DNA from: Candidatus Thorarchaeota archaeon
GTDB lineage: Archaea > Asgardarchaeota > Thorarchaeia > Thorarchaeales > Thorarchaeaceae
DNA: 64,000 nucleotides
Direction: 5' to 3'
NCBI GenBank assembly: GCA_048883405.1
Contig: JBHLQS010000001.1
Span: forward strand, 11,257 to 75,256
In this document: positions 55,891 to 64,000 of the stretch, one piece after another
How the letters are laid out: each line of letters starts with the position of its first letter
Position numbering within the stretch: the stretch's first letter is position 1
The notes under the pieces: model-generated
Told to the model about the DNA's origin: nothing
The model's database searches: none
What the model saw: the letters and a program-made list of their open reading frames with translations, nothing else
Program-made: the position numbers and the translations under genes

Positions 55891-57617
55891 TCTGTGGACG
55901 GGAGAGAAGTAGGTCCAAGAGGATTGGGGTCTCCAATGAGTATCACAATACTAGTTCTCATCCAGATGGTCACAGATTGCGAAGTATTCGCTTCTTGACA
56001 CCAAGGGCTGCTTATGTACAAATGAAGAATGTGTAGTCCAGGATAGATATTGAGTAAGAAAGGGACCTCTATTGATGATGTGGCGTCTGCATTGTTGATT
56101 CTGAAGAAAGGCGTAGATGCTGAATCAACATAGATTCTCAGATCAACGATTTCAACACTTTGGCCATTATCATCTGTAGCATTGATATCAATCTGAGCAG
56201 TTTCCCCATAGTAGACTAGACTAAACTCTACATTAACATCAATGACTCCATAGATATTGATTTCCAAATCAATAGGATCATGAACGCTGTATGCGCTTTC
56301 GAGCAGTTCAATGAACATTGTATGAGGACCCAGTGATGTATTACTGCTGATTGGAAATGTAATCTCCGCTCGACTGTTTGCAGTGACTGATACAGTGGTA
56401 TTGATCTCTCCACTTGAATCAAAGATTTCTATTGGAATTAGCTGGCTTTGTAGTGATGTGGAATTGATGCTTATAGTCAAGGTGACGTTGTTTCCTCGCT
56501 CGGTAGACCAAGCAGCATTTGCTGTTGAAAGATAGACAACATATGGCGTCACGTCAATAATGACCGATTCAGATTCGTTTCGATAGAGAGGATTAACTGC
56601 CGTGAAATTCGCAGAATAAAGCCCTGGTTCCATGGTGATTGGTATTGATACACTGTAGATTCCGTTACCAAGTGTGGTCATTATACCTGAAGAAAAGATC
56701 GTGCTCCATAGAATTGTACTGTCAGAAATCGGCTGACCGTCTAGTGTCTTCTGATTTACCACTATGTCAGCGGATTCGGTTTGACTGCCATCTGGTGTTT
56801 GGCAATGAATTGATGGTGGTGCAGACAAAATCGTTAGATTGGAAACAGCCCTTGTCACTACAAGGGGAAAAGACTCTGAGAAGGGGAGGAAGCTTTCCGT
56901 TCCATCACCTGCTATTGTGACTGTATAATCTCCAGGAGGACCAGTAGTATCAGTCCAGTTGATCCATACTTCTCCGTCTGAGGAAGTTGTCGTATCAATT
57001 TGTAGTATTGAATCGGATGTGGAATTGAGAAGTGTGACTGTCACAGGACTGTTTCTGTATGGAATGGATTGGTTGTGTGCACTTGCAACCTTGAAGTCTA
57101 GGGTGGAATTCGTGTTGAATTCAATGTTCAACGGTGAAAGTGGAAGAACACTGAGATGGCCCCTTGTTATATTCACAACAACAGTATCTCCCTCGCCCTG
57201 TGAATAGGAATCATAGATTTCAACATTGAAAATCACAAAGGCTTGAGCACCAGTTACTCCTGGTGAGGTGTCTTCTGGGAGGATGGTGTAGGACGAGTTG
57301 AAATGTCGTACATCAGTTGAAGGTGATATGTAATAAAGATTTGAGAATGTAGGACCTTGATTGGTCGCTACTGCAAAGGACACGTAACACCACCCATCTC
57401 CACTGAAATCAGCAATTAGCTCCGCAACCATGTTTATTGTTTCACCTACCTCATACACTAGCTTGTCAGTTTCGAAATAGTGAAAATCGAAATAGAAAGC
57501 GGAAACAGGTGCGACGAGACCGAATACAATACATGTGCAGACAATGATCGATGCTAGTGTCCTTTGGCTCAAGATACCCACCAAAACCCGGTAAGTATGT
57601 TGCCTAAAAAACAGCAC
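55569..57617 (-). CDS. Large secreted, likely N-glycosylated surface protein (paralog A); its last 320 nt are antisense to korA
   Basis: N-terminal hydrophobic signal/TM (LASIIVCTCIVFGLVAPVSA); numerous NxS/T sequons; S/T-rich; repetitive beta-rich architecture. Confidence 0.5.
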   Translation of the reverse strand: MLFFRQHTYRVLVGILSQRTLASIIVCTCIVFGLVAPVSAFYFDFHYFETDKLVYEVGETINMVAELIADFSGDGWCYVSFAVATNQGPTFSNLYYISPSTDVRHFNSSYTILPEDTSPGVTGAQAFVIFNVEIYDSYSQGEGDTVVVNITRGHLSVLPLSPLNIEFNTNSTLDFKVASAHNQSIPYRNSPVTVTLLNSTSDSILQIDTTTSSDGEVWINWTDTTGPPGDYTVTIAGDGTESFLPFSESFPLVVTRAVSNLTILSAPPSIHCQTPDGSQTESADIVVNQKTLDGQPISDSTILWSTIFSSGIMTTLGNGIYSVSIPITMEPGLYSANFTAVNPLYRNESESVIIDVTPYVVYLSTANAAWSTERGNNVTLTISINSTSLQSQLIPIEIFDSSGEINTTVSVTANSRAEITFPISSNTSLGPHTMFIELLESAYSVHDPIDLEINIYGVIDVNVEFSLVYYGETAQIDINATDDNGQSVEIVDLRIYVDSASTPFFRINNADATSSIEVPFLLNIYPGLHILHLYISSPWCQEANTSQSVTIWMRTSIVILIGDPNPLGPTSLPSTDYDSNLILSTISSGSIINPPPILLSETTSTESPTTLETSLESCPRLSSGTSNRSTDLANSLISESGNGHAVLNRSDLRGGTPELLAINSSTDLDVQPYDIIPHSADS

Positions 57618-57685
57618 ACGAATAGAACGACAACTTTAATTCCAGACTGACTGCCAATCAAGCGCTGAAGAGAGAGCGTGAGAAT

Positions 57686-58051
57686 ATGGTAATCAGGCTC
57701 AAGAATGCCACAGTCGACTCAATTGAAGACACAGAAACAAAGAGACTAAAAGTTGTCAGTGTGATTGCCAAAGAAGAAGGAGCACGAATTTCATTGGAGC
57801 TTCCTGAAGCCCTGTCTGGTACGATTAAGCTAAAGGATGAAGTCACGGTTATATTCGATTCGAAGCCAATCGCGCGAGGAGAGAAAGCCAAGCTATATGC
57901 AGAAGGCAAGGTGTTCCGAATAAGGGACGAGAATGGAATTGAAGTCACTGGCACGGTAGGAGGGCTTAGAATGACTCTTGATCTAAGTAATCCTACAGCT
58001 GCTCAACGAAGAACGTTTGACCAAGACAGGTTTTTGGTAGCTATAATCTGA
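57686..58051 (+). CDS. Small beta-rich hypothetical protein (possibly an Rpo8/RpoG-like OB fold; speculative)
   Basis: 121 aa; pattern compared from memory to crenarchaeal/korarchaeal RpoG, so the call is low confidence. Confidence 0.3.
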   Translation: MVIRLKNATVDSIEDTETKRLKVVSVIAKEEGARISLELPEALSGTIKLKDEVTVIFDSKPIARGEKAKLYAEGKVFRIRDENGIEVTGTVGGLRMTLDLSNPTAAQRRTFDQDRFLVAII

Positions 58052-58231
58052 GAAAATCTTGGAGAATTCATGCTATACGGAATAGTTTCGGTCATCTCTC
58101 TTTCTGTCAGTCCGGACTGCTGACATCCTTTGTAAAGCACAAGGAATTTGCTCTGTAAAACAGCATGTTCTGAAGAACGAACTGAATCCCTCCTGAAATC
58201 TAGTTAGGACCAGGACCCATGCATTATATGG

Positions 58232-59269
58232 GTGTGGTCTTTGATTGATGAAACATTCGAGGCTATTCAAAACTCGTCTTGGTCTTGCCCTGACTGTTCC
58301 GGTCTGACAACGGCAAACCAAGGCTATATAGTATGTGTAGAATGCGGTCTGGTAATCTCTAGAGAGTACGTGTCGCCTACTTATCAGATGGGTGAAAAGG
58401 TATCTGAAAGTGCACCTGATGCAAGTGTGTACGTATCTCTTGGCAATCGTATGCATATTGTTGACGGGTTAGGGAGCTATATTGGCTTCCATAAAGACAG
58501 ATATTTCCAAGATGCACAAGGTCAGACTCTCACAGCACGATCGCAGAAAAAATTCAAGCGGCTTAAGATGATATACAGCACGCGAATACGGATTGGCCGA
58601 AACGAAGCAAAGTATAGAGCTCTCAGAACTCTCAACCATGTTTCTAAGCTACTTATGCTAAATGAACAGGTCCGTGATCGCACTGCCTATCTCTACAAAA
58701 AAATATCCTCTGAGTCTTCAGAGAAGATTAACAACAATATCCTGCTCATAGCTGTATGCCTTCTAATGGCTGTCAGAGAGTTCAAGGATGGAGCGCCAAT
58801 CACCTTGGATGAGATAGCCAATACATTCGAGAAATGTGGTCATCGTGTTAACGTCAGGGCTATTGTTAGAGAGGCATTGAAGCTCAAATCGCTGATAGGT
58901 GTTGCCCCCGAAATTCGTCGTCCAGATGACTATGTGCCAAGAGTCTTGTCTATGTTGATGAACAACGAAAAGGTACTCAAAAAAGTGATAGCTCGCGGAT
59001 GGGAACCAAAGAAGTATGAGAATGCTCTCAGAGATAAAATCCTTGAGGTTCTAGAGATGATACCGGCTTCAAAGCGAGGTGGAAGAAACCCCTTCATATT
59101 CACTGTTTCTGCTGCCTACGCAAGCGATCGTCTTGTTGCAGATGAGCATGGAAAGCGCTCTGTACTTACTCAGAAGCTTGCCTCAGAAGCGACTGAAATG
59201 GCTGAGTACAGCATTCGGGACCATTTCGGAATGATGAAGAAAGTGATTGCATCGGTTTCTCTAACCTAG
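58232..59269 (+). CDS. TFIIB-type transcription factor (divergent TFB paralog)
   Basis: N-terminal Zn ribbon CPDCSG...CVECGLV followed by two helical cyclin-like repeats; about 345 aa. Confidence 0.55.
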   Translation: MWSLIDETFEAIQNSSWSCPDCSGLTTANQGYIVCVECGLVISREYVSPTYQMGEKVSESAPDASVYVSLGNRMHIVDGLGSYIGFHKDRYFQDAQGQTLTARSQKKFKRLKMIYSTRIRIGRNEAKYRALRTLNHVSKLLMLNEQVRDRTAYLYKKISSESSEKINNNILLIAVCLLMAVREFKDGAPITLDEIANTFEKCGHRVNVRAIVREALKLKSLIGVAPEIRRPDDYVPRVLSMLMNNEKVLKKVIARGWEPKKYENALRDKILEVLEMIPASKRGGRNPFIFTVSAAYASDRLVADEHGKRSVLTQKLASEATEMAEYSIRDHFGMMKKVIASVSLT

Positions 59270-59319
59270 ATGATAATGTGACATCGATTTGAATTACACT
59301 CCCAAAGGCGAGGACAAGA

Positions 59320-61014
59320 ATGGAAGAAGATAGGCTGGAATTGATCAGATGTCCAGACACAAGATGCAAGGATTGCCCTGAGATGACCGCTCTTGAATGC
59401 ACCAGACTCTCTACGCTATTCGAAGAAGGGAATAGGAAGAAGGTGCTAATTCTGGAAGAGTCTAGAAGGCTTCTTCATCTGGGTGGAATGACTGGTCCAA
59501 TCCCAATAAGTCCTCCTTGGAAAGGTGATGGATGGGAATCGGTCTATATAGGTGATTGCGAGTTTCCAGACAGTGATTGGTTTCCAGTAGATGCCTACTT
59601 GGTGGGACCATATCTTTCATTTTACTTCTCGAGAACAGGTAGAACGGAAATATTTCATCGGTCGTATCCACTAGTGAGGACTTCGCTTGAGCATGGACTC
59701 ATGCAGGAACTGAAGGAATCTATTGGGAATAGTTTCCAGCAATCAATAGGAAGGCCTGATGTTTCCACTCGGCTTCAGCAGGTTGCTGACAGTATTTGTA
59801 GAAATCTCCTGAAATCTTTGCCTGAGATAAGCACTGGGACACGAAAAAGAATTTCCATGATTGTGGCAAACAAAACAACTGTGCTAGATTCATTCCTTCC
59901 AATTCTGTTGGATGATGATGTGGAAGAAGTGTATGTTGATCGTCCAGGAAAGCCCATCTATTTTGATCATTGTAGGTTAGGAAGATGTATCTCAAAACAT
60001 GAGCTTCATCACAAAGATGTCCCTCGCTTTACCACACTGTTACGTGCAGAGAGCAACCTCCATCTAGACAGAAAAAATCCTTCCTTGAAGACTGACTTTA
60101 ATCTCTTTGATACAAATCTACGAGTGTCTGCCAGCCTACCACCACTAAGCCCTGATGGATTGCACATGGAGATTCGACGGGCGAGGAGAAATGCTTTCAC
60201 TATTTTGGACCTAATTCGGAATGGTACACTGTCAATAGAAGCAGCGGCAGCGCTTCTTCTGGCACTGGGGTGCCGGTTCAACATAACGATAACTGGAGGC
60301 CCCGGGACCGGCAAGACTACTCTATTGAATGCACTTGACTTGGATAGTCCAAGAAGCTGGAGAAAAATCTACATAGAGGATGCAGTAGAAAGCAGAAATC
60401 TTGACAGTCACAACCAAGTGCGTTTCAAAGTCGATCCAGTTGATGAAGTAGATGGGCATTTTGATAAATCACTAGAAATCGTCAAGACTCTCCATAGGTC
60501 GCCAGACTATCTTGTGCTTGGCGAGATTCAAACTGCAGAGCACAGCCAAGCGCTTTTCCAAGCTATTGCAGCTGGTCTTCGTGCAATACAAACCTGTCAT
60601 AGCTCCTCAGCAGCCAGTCTTGTGTCACGCTGGGCCACTGGACACAATATCGACAAATCCAGTATAGCAATGATGGATTTGATTGTGACAATGGTTCGAC
60701 CAGTACCCGGAGAGTCGATTAGGAGAGTCAGTGAGATTGTTGAAGTGCAACGAAAGGTTTCAGAAGGTGTACTCAAATTCGTAGGACTCAGTACGGTCTA
60801 CAACTACAATTCATCCCAAGATTTGCATTGGGCAATGGACGGCGCGTATCTTTCTTATGCACGTGCAGCTGGACATGAAAGCCACATTCAAGCATACAAC
60901 GAAATAGTCGATCTTCTGTCCGAGAAATTACGGACATCAGACAAGAGCGATGATCGAACCTTGGGAAAAGATATCTGGACTGAAGGACAACCGTTGTGGT
61001 TTGCACGCATCTGA
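59320..61014 (+). CDS. Type II/IV secretion-system ATPase (FlaI/ArlI/PilB-like)
   Basis: Walker A GGPGTGKTTLLNAL, Asp box and His box region, about 560 aa with long N-terminal domain. Confidence 0.75.
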   Translation: MEEDRLELIRCPDTRCKDCPEMTALECTRLSTLFEEGNRKKVLILEESRRLLHLGGMTGPIPISPPWKGDGWESVYIGDCEFPDSDWFPVDAYLVGPYLSFYFSRTGRTEIFHRSYPLVRTSLEHGLMQELKESIGNSFQQSIGRPDVSTRLQQVADSICRNLLKSLPEISTGTRKRISMIVANKTTVLDSFLPILLDDDVEEVYVDRPGKPIYFDHCRLGRCISKHELHHKDVPRFTTLLRAESNLHLDRKNPSLKTDFNLFDTNLRVSASLPPLSPDGLHMEIRRARRNAFTILDLIRNGTLSIEAAAALLLALGCRFNITITGGPGTGKTTLLNALDLDSPRSWRKIYIEDAVESRNLDSHNQVRFKVDPVDEVDGHFDKSLEIVKTLHRSPDYLVLGEIQTAEHSQALFQAIAAGLRAIQTCHSSSAASLVSRWATGHNIDKSSIAMMDLIVTMVRPVPGESIRRVSEIVEVQRKVSEGVLKFVGLSTVYNYNSSQDLHWAMDGAYLSYARAAGHESHIQAYNEIVDLLSEKLRTSDKSDDRTLGKDIWTEGQPLWFARI

Positions 61015-61090
61015 GGCTATCTTGTTTTGTTTCCCGTTTTTGAGGGCAGTTAAAATACCATTCCATGGACAGGTAATCAGGTGGAATTCT

Positions 61091-61285
61091 ATGCATGACC
61101 CGATAAGGGATGAAAAGGGTGGTCCGCTGGTCGAAGAGAGCCTCCTCCTTGGTATTGCTGTAGTTACTGTATCAATAGTCATTGCTGTGATACTTCAGGC
61201 AACAGGTTGGGCGCAAGATGTTGTGGCAGGACTCTTTCAGATTCTTGAAGACAGCTGGAGTAGCTTCACGAATCTATTTCCATGA
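61091..61285 (+). CDS. Small type-IV-pilin-like protein with class III signal peptide (64 aa)
   Basis: MHDPIRDEKGG|PLVEESLLLGIAVVTVSIVIAVIL: charged N-region, a Gly, then a hydrophobic stretch with Glu at +4/+5. SD AGGTGG 8 nt upstream of ATG 61091. The ORF-track start at 60950 overlaps the ATPase gene. Confidence 0.4.
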   Translation: MHDPIRDEKGGPLVEESLLLGIAVVTVSIVIAVILQATGWAQDVVAGLFQILEDSWSSFTNLFP

Positions 61286-61382
61286 TAAGTAATCTACAGC
61301 TGATGCGATTTTAGTCACGATTTGGGGAAAGCCTTATTTGTAGTCTAGAGTGAGCACACCCGCTCCGGACTGGTGCGCCTTA

Positions 61383-61490
61383 GCTCCGGTAGATGCTTCA
61401 TGAAATCCATGATACAACCGTATGTAGTCCGGCCCAGCATGAGGGACTCTCGATCCCTCGACCCGGGTTCAAATCCCGGCCGGAGCACCA
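61383..61490 (+). tRNA. tRNA-Glu (anticodon CTC) with a roughly 30-nt intron in the D-arm region (after position 9); CCA encoded
   Basis: GCTCCGG-TA[GATGCTTCATGAAATCCATGATACAACCGT]ATG-TAGTCCGGCCCAG-CAT-G-AGGGA-CTCTCGA-TCCCT-CGAC-CCGGG-TTCAAAT-CCCGG-CCGGAGC-A-CCA. The D-stem ATG/CAT forms only after removing the insert. Confidence 0.6.
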
Positions 61491-61499
61491 ATTCTACTA

Positions 61500-63461
61500 T
61501 CATCCTATGAAACGTCGCCGCCACAGAACCGGTATGCTAGCAAGCATGACTGATACAGTAAGACTGATCACAATGAAGGGAATTCCTACACCTTGGCCAG
61601 CCATTGCTTCTGTACTGGAAATGATAATGATGTGATAGCCAGTGGAAGATTGTGCGAATGCGGCTTCCTCAGTTTCATAGTATAGGTTATAGACACCTGA
61701 TTCCTTAGGAATGCGAAGACCAATTTCCACGATACCCGACTCATGACTCTTAGTAAGACTCCCTTGGCCTAGCCACTCATAGTACAGATTTGCATCTTCT
61801 AGAGGAGTGCCATTCAACGCTACAATGGACAATTGAACTGAAATTTCTTGAAGAGATGGATAAACTGAGTAATTCACCATATTCACAGATACTGGAACGA
61901 CTCTGCTGACAATGATCTCATATTCTAGTATTGTGGGTAGTTGGTAGTTCAATGTGCTTCCATTATAGCTTATGAGTAACAGATAGGGACCTTCTACTGA
62001 AGAGATAGGGAATGTCGCTTCGGCAACACCGTCATTATTGGTAATAGAGGTGGTCACCAGGTGGTTTCCAATTTGCCATGCAATTGACCGTTCTGGTATA
62101 TAGATTCCACCTGCAATCAGCTGAATTCGGAAGGTCACAACTTGAGAAGGGGATGCATAGCCTAGTATGCTTTGATATATCATGATGATATTCGGTTGTG
62201 ACCAGACTATTATTGGGATTATTCTGGCTTTATTTGTCAAGAATGAATGCGAAACCTCGAAGTATAGATTTCTGAGCCCAAGAGGACCATTGAAGGTAAC
62301 ATGTGAGATAGCTGTGATTTTTCCAGGGGAGAATGAGATCAAATGCGACTCGTGAGTGAGTTCATCATATAATGTTATACTGGCATTGGGAATCGGTCTC
62401 ATGAGGAAATCGTAGAGAGTCACTTGGACTTCAGTTTCTACTCCTACCGGGATTGAATCTGGCAGCTCGATGTGAATTGCTGCGGGACTTATTACGGATA
62501 TGTCAAGTTCGATGTATGATGGTGCATAACGGAATGTCCCCGAATATTCTATCTTAATGCTGTGTATCCCAAGCACATATCGTGAATCAATATCCAGACT
62601 TAGCGTGGCAATACCAGCCATGTTGCTCAGAATAGTATCTATTGGATTTTCATCAAGAAGCACAACAAGTGATGCGTCGGAGTGATTCTGACCCTCAGCT
62701 CGAATTGTCATCTGCAACCAGAATGAATCATTTAAATGAACGGTAGAGTTGTAGAAATCTTCTATTTCAATAGATGTATCTATTTGTTGAATATTCACAA
62801 ATATCAATCTCTGTGAACTGCTTAGAAAACGTGCCATATCCTGTTCAAAGACTATTCTCAATGTATTCTGTCCAATGATGCACCATGTGTTATTGCAATC
62901 TATAATGAAAGTTACATAACCGCTGCCATTCGTTGAAGCAACTGCTAGAAGAGTGCCTTCGCTATAAACAGCCATAGCGACTCCATTAATTGACACATTA
63001 TGGTCATCAGTGATTTTGGCGGTGAGAACAACTTCATCCTCTGGGTGAATGGAGTTCTCATCGACTTGAACCTCTATGACGGTTGCAGAAACCACAATAA
63101 CAGAATACCATTGGCAGGAAGGAGATAAGAAAAGCGACGTGTTTCCCTCAAATGTTACATTTAGCATGGACGGTCCCAAAGGGTGATTAATCGAAACGTT
63201 CCAAGACACTGTTGCATAGCCATTTGTGTCTGTCAAGGCAGATCCAATGAAGATGTCTTGGGTCTGATCATAGAAGAGAAGACGCTGATTGACTGCTGGA
63301 TTTCCGAAAGTGCCGTTCTGAAGGAGCCTTGCAGTGATAGGCACTGAATCTCCACGTAATACGACAGGGGTTTCCTCTGCCGATACTACATCTGCAGTCA
63401 AACTAGATACTAAGAACAGTGCCGCCAATATCATTACTATTCCTGTGCAGACTCGCTTCAA
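61500..63461 (-). CDS. Large secreted, likely N-glycosylated surface protein (paralog B) with C-terminal TM anchor
   Basis: N-terminal signal (IVMILAALFLVSSLTADVVSA), many NxS/T sequons, C-terminal TM plus basic tail (VISLTVSVMLASIPVLWRRRFIG). Confidence 0.6.
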   Translation of the reverse strand: MKRVCTGIVMILAALFLVSSLTADVVSAEETPVVLRGDSVPITARLLQNGTFGNPAVNQRLLFYDQTQDIFIGSALTDTNGYATVSWNVSINHPLGPSMLNVTFEGNTSLFLSPSCQWYSVIVVSATVIEVQVDENSIHPEDEVVLTAKITDDHNVSINGVAMAVYSEGTLLAVASTNGSGYVTFIIDCNNTWCIIGQNTLRIVFEQDMARFLSSSQRLIFVNIQQIDTSIEIEDFYNSTVHLNDSFWLQMTIRAEGQNHSDASLVVLLDENPIDTILSNMAGIATLSLDIDSRYVLGIHSIKIEYSGTFRYAPSYIELDISVISPAAIHIELPDSIPVGVETEVQVTLYDFLMRPIPNASITLYDELTHESHLISFSPGKITAISHVTFNGPLGLRNLYFEVSHSFLTNKARIIPIIVWSQPNIIMIYQSILGYASPSQVVTFRIQLIAGGIYIPERSIAWQIGNHLVTTSITNNDGVAEATFPISSVEGPYLLLISYNGSTLNYQLPTILEYEIIVSRVVPVSVNMVNYSVYPSLQEISVQLSIVALNGTPLEDANLYYEWLGQGSLTKSHESGIVEIGLRIPKESGVYNLYYETEEAAFAQSSTGYHIIIISSTEAMAGQGVGIPFIVISLTVSVMLASIPVLWRRRFIG

Positions 63462-63628
63462 ACACGGTCACCTCGTTTCTCATGACAATAGATTGCAGCT
63501 ATGCAGAAGACTCATGCATTTTGCGTTCCAAGTTCTCTCATGAGTCTGTATTCGAGTTTTTAACCTCCTATCGAATCATCATATTCTGGGGGAGTTCATA
63601 TGTAATTGTAAATCACCAAGGGTAGACT

Positions 63629-64000
63629 GTGAATTTGCAAGAGGCATTCACAGTGCTCAAACTCCGGACGGGTGATGACGCAGTGTCCAGCCATGAATTA
63701 AGCGAGGGAGGTCGATTTAGAGCACCATCTAGAAAGAATCTTCCAGGGCTGTGGAAATGGATTGAGCTTGGATGGCTAACTGGCATTATTATCTTGGCTT
63801 TTTACTTCATAGTAGTTTACTTGCTCCCGCTGGTAGGACTAATCACTCCAGTTTCAATTCCATCGAAGCTGTTCATTGAAGTTATAATCACCATGAGTCC
63901 GGTATTAATGGGCGTGCTAGTGGCTCGCAGAAAGCTAGCCTCCGAGCAAACATTGGCTGCGGTCTTGGATGATGATTTAGTGTCAATAAACATTGGAAAC
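63629..64000 (+). CDS. Partial membrane protein (GTG/TTG start, continues beyond the window end)
   Basis: Manual translation from 63629 gives an open frame with hydrophobic helices (LTGIIILAFYFIVVYLLPLVGLI, VIITMSPVLMGVLVA); not in the ORF track because it lacks an ATG start. Confidence 0.25.
   Translation, partial: MNLQEAFTVLKLRTGDDAVSSHELSEGGRFRAPSRKNLPGLWKWIELGWLTGIIILAFYFIVVYLLPLVGLITPVSIPSKLFIEVIITMSPVLMGVLVARRKLASEQTLAAVLDDDLVSINIGN

Noticed and set aside
58073-58456. 127-aa minus-strand ORF
   Set aside because: It is antisense to the N-terminal Zn-ribbon region of the TFB-like gene (58232-59269) and has no motif support.
61286-61382. Duplicate GCTCCGG motif 30 nt upstream of tRNA-Glu (cccGCTCCGGactggtgcgcc)
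   Set aside because: It could be a leader element pairing with the acceptor strand or a remnant of integration at the tRNA. There is no flanking direct repeat of meaningful length or integrase to support a mobile-element interpretation.
1-64000. CRISPR arrays, IS elements, integrases or prophage remnants
   Set aside because: No series of regularly spaced direct repeats, no transposase or integrase-like translations, and no inverted terminal repeats were seen anywhere in the window.

Overview
The window is a contiguous archaeal chromosomal segment with moderate GC content (roughly 45-50% by eye). It is dense with core information-processing genes and has no CRISPR array, rRNA or obvious transposon.

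Left end: a heterodisulfide-reductase operon (hdrC, hdrB, a short hdrA paralog and an HdrA-MvhD fusion). It is followed in the same orientation by a large, edge-truncated protein with winged-helix domains and a C-terminal ferredoxin domain; the ORF track did not list it.

7.0-13.5 kb: one long minus-strand superoperon. In transcription order it encodes a METTL5-like RNA methylase, Csl4 with an unusual Arg/Asp-rich tail, RpoL, a mini-RNase-III-like protein, TFS, an OB-fold protein, PCNA, PriS and a Gins51-like protein.

13.5-16.6 kb: an Orc1/Cdc6 gene preceded by a perfect mini-ORB dyad (TCCAGTGGAAATCCACT), convergent with the PolD small subunit DP1. PolD argues against Thermoprotei.

Further right: PhoU/AbrB, a phosphohexomutase, eS1, UPF0147/0148, FAU-1, the KEOPS genes pcc1, bud32 and kae1, a DHH protein with degenerate catalytic motifs (Cdc45/RecJ-like), uS15, an LSm protein, a COG2433 nuclease, a pyrG-nurA-herA operon, an MglA-like GTPase with a tandem-Roadblock protein, an HD hydrolase, a GPN GTPase, a THUMP methylase, a UPF0200/0201 pair, ThpR, an HDAC, Hel308, MCM with an upstream Gins23-like gene, RfcS and RfcL, TruA, a second Orc1/Cdc6, and an orphan korA.

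Right end: a surface/pilus island with two large paralogous secreted glycoprotein-like proteins, a divergent TFB, a FlaI/PilB-type ATPase and a small pilin-like gene.

I identified five tRNAs by eye. Four carry introns, including two introns in tRNA-Ser, a T-loop intron in tRNA-Gly and a D-arm intron in tRNA-Glu; only tRNA-Leu is unspliced.

All calls rest on motif recognition in the supplied translations and manual reverse-complementing. No database search was run.
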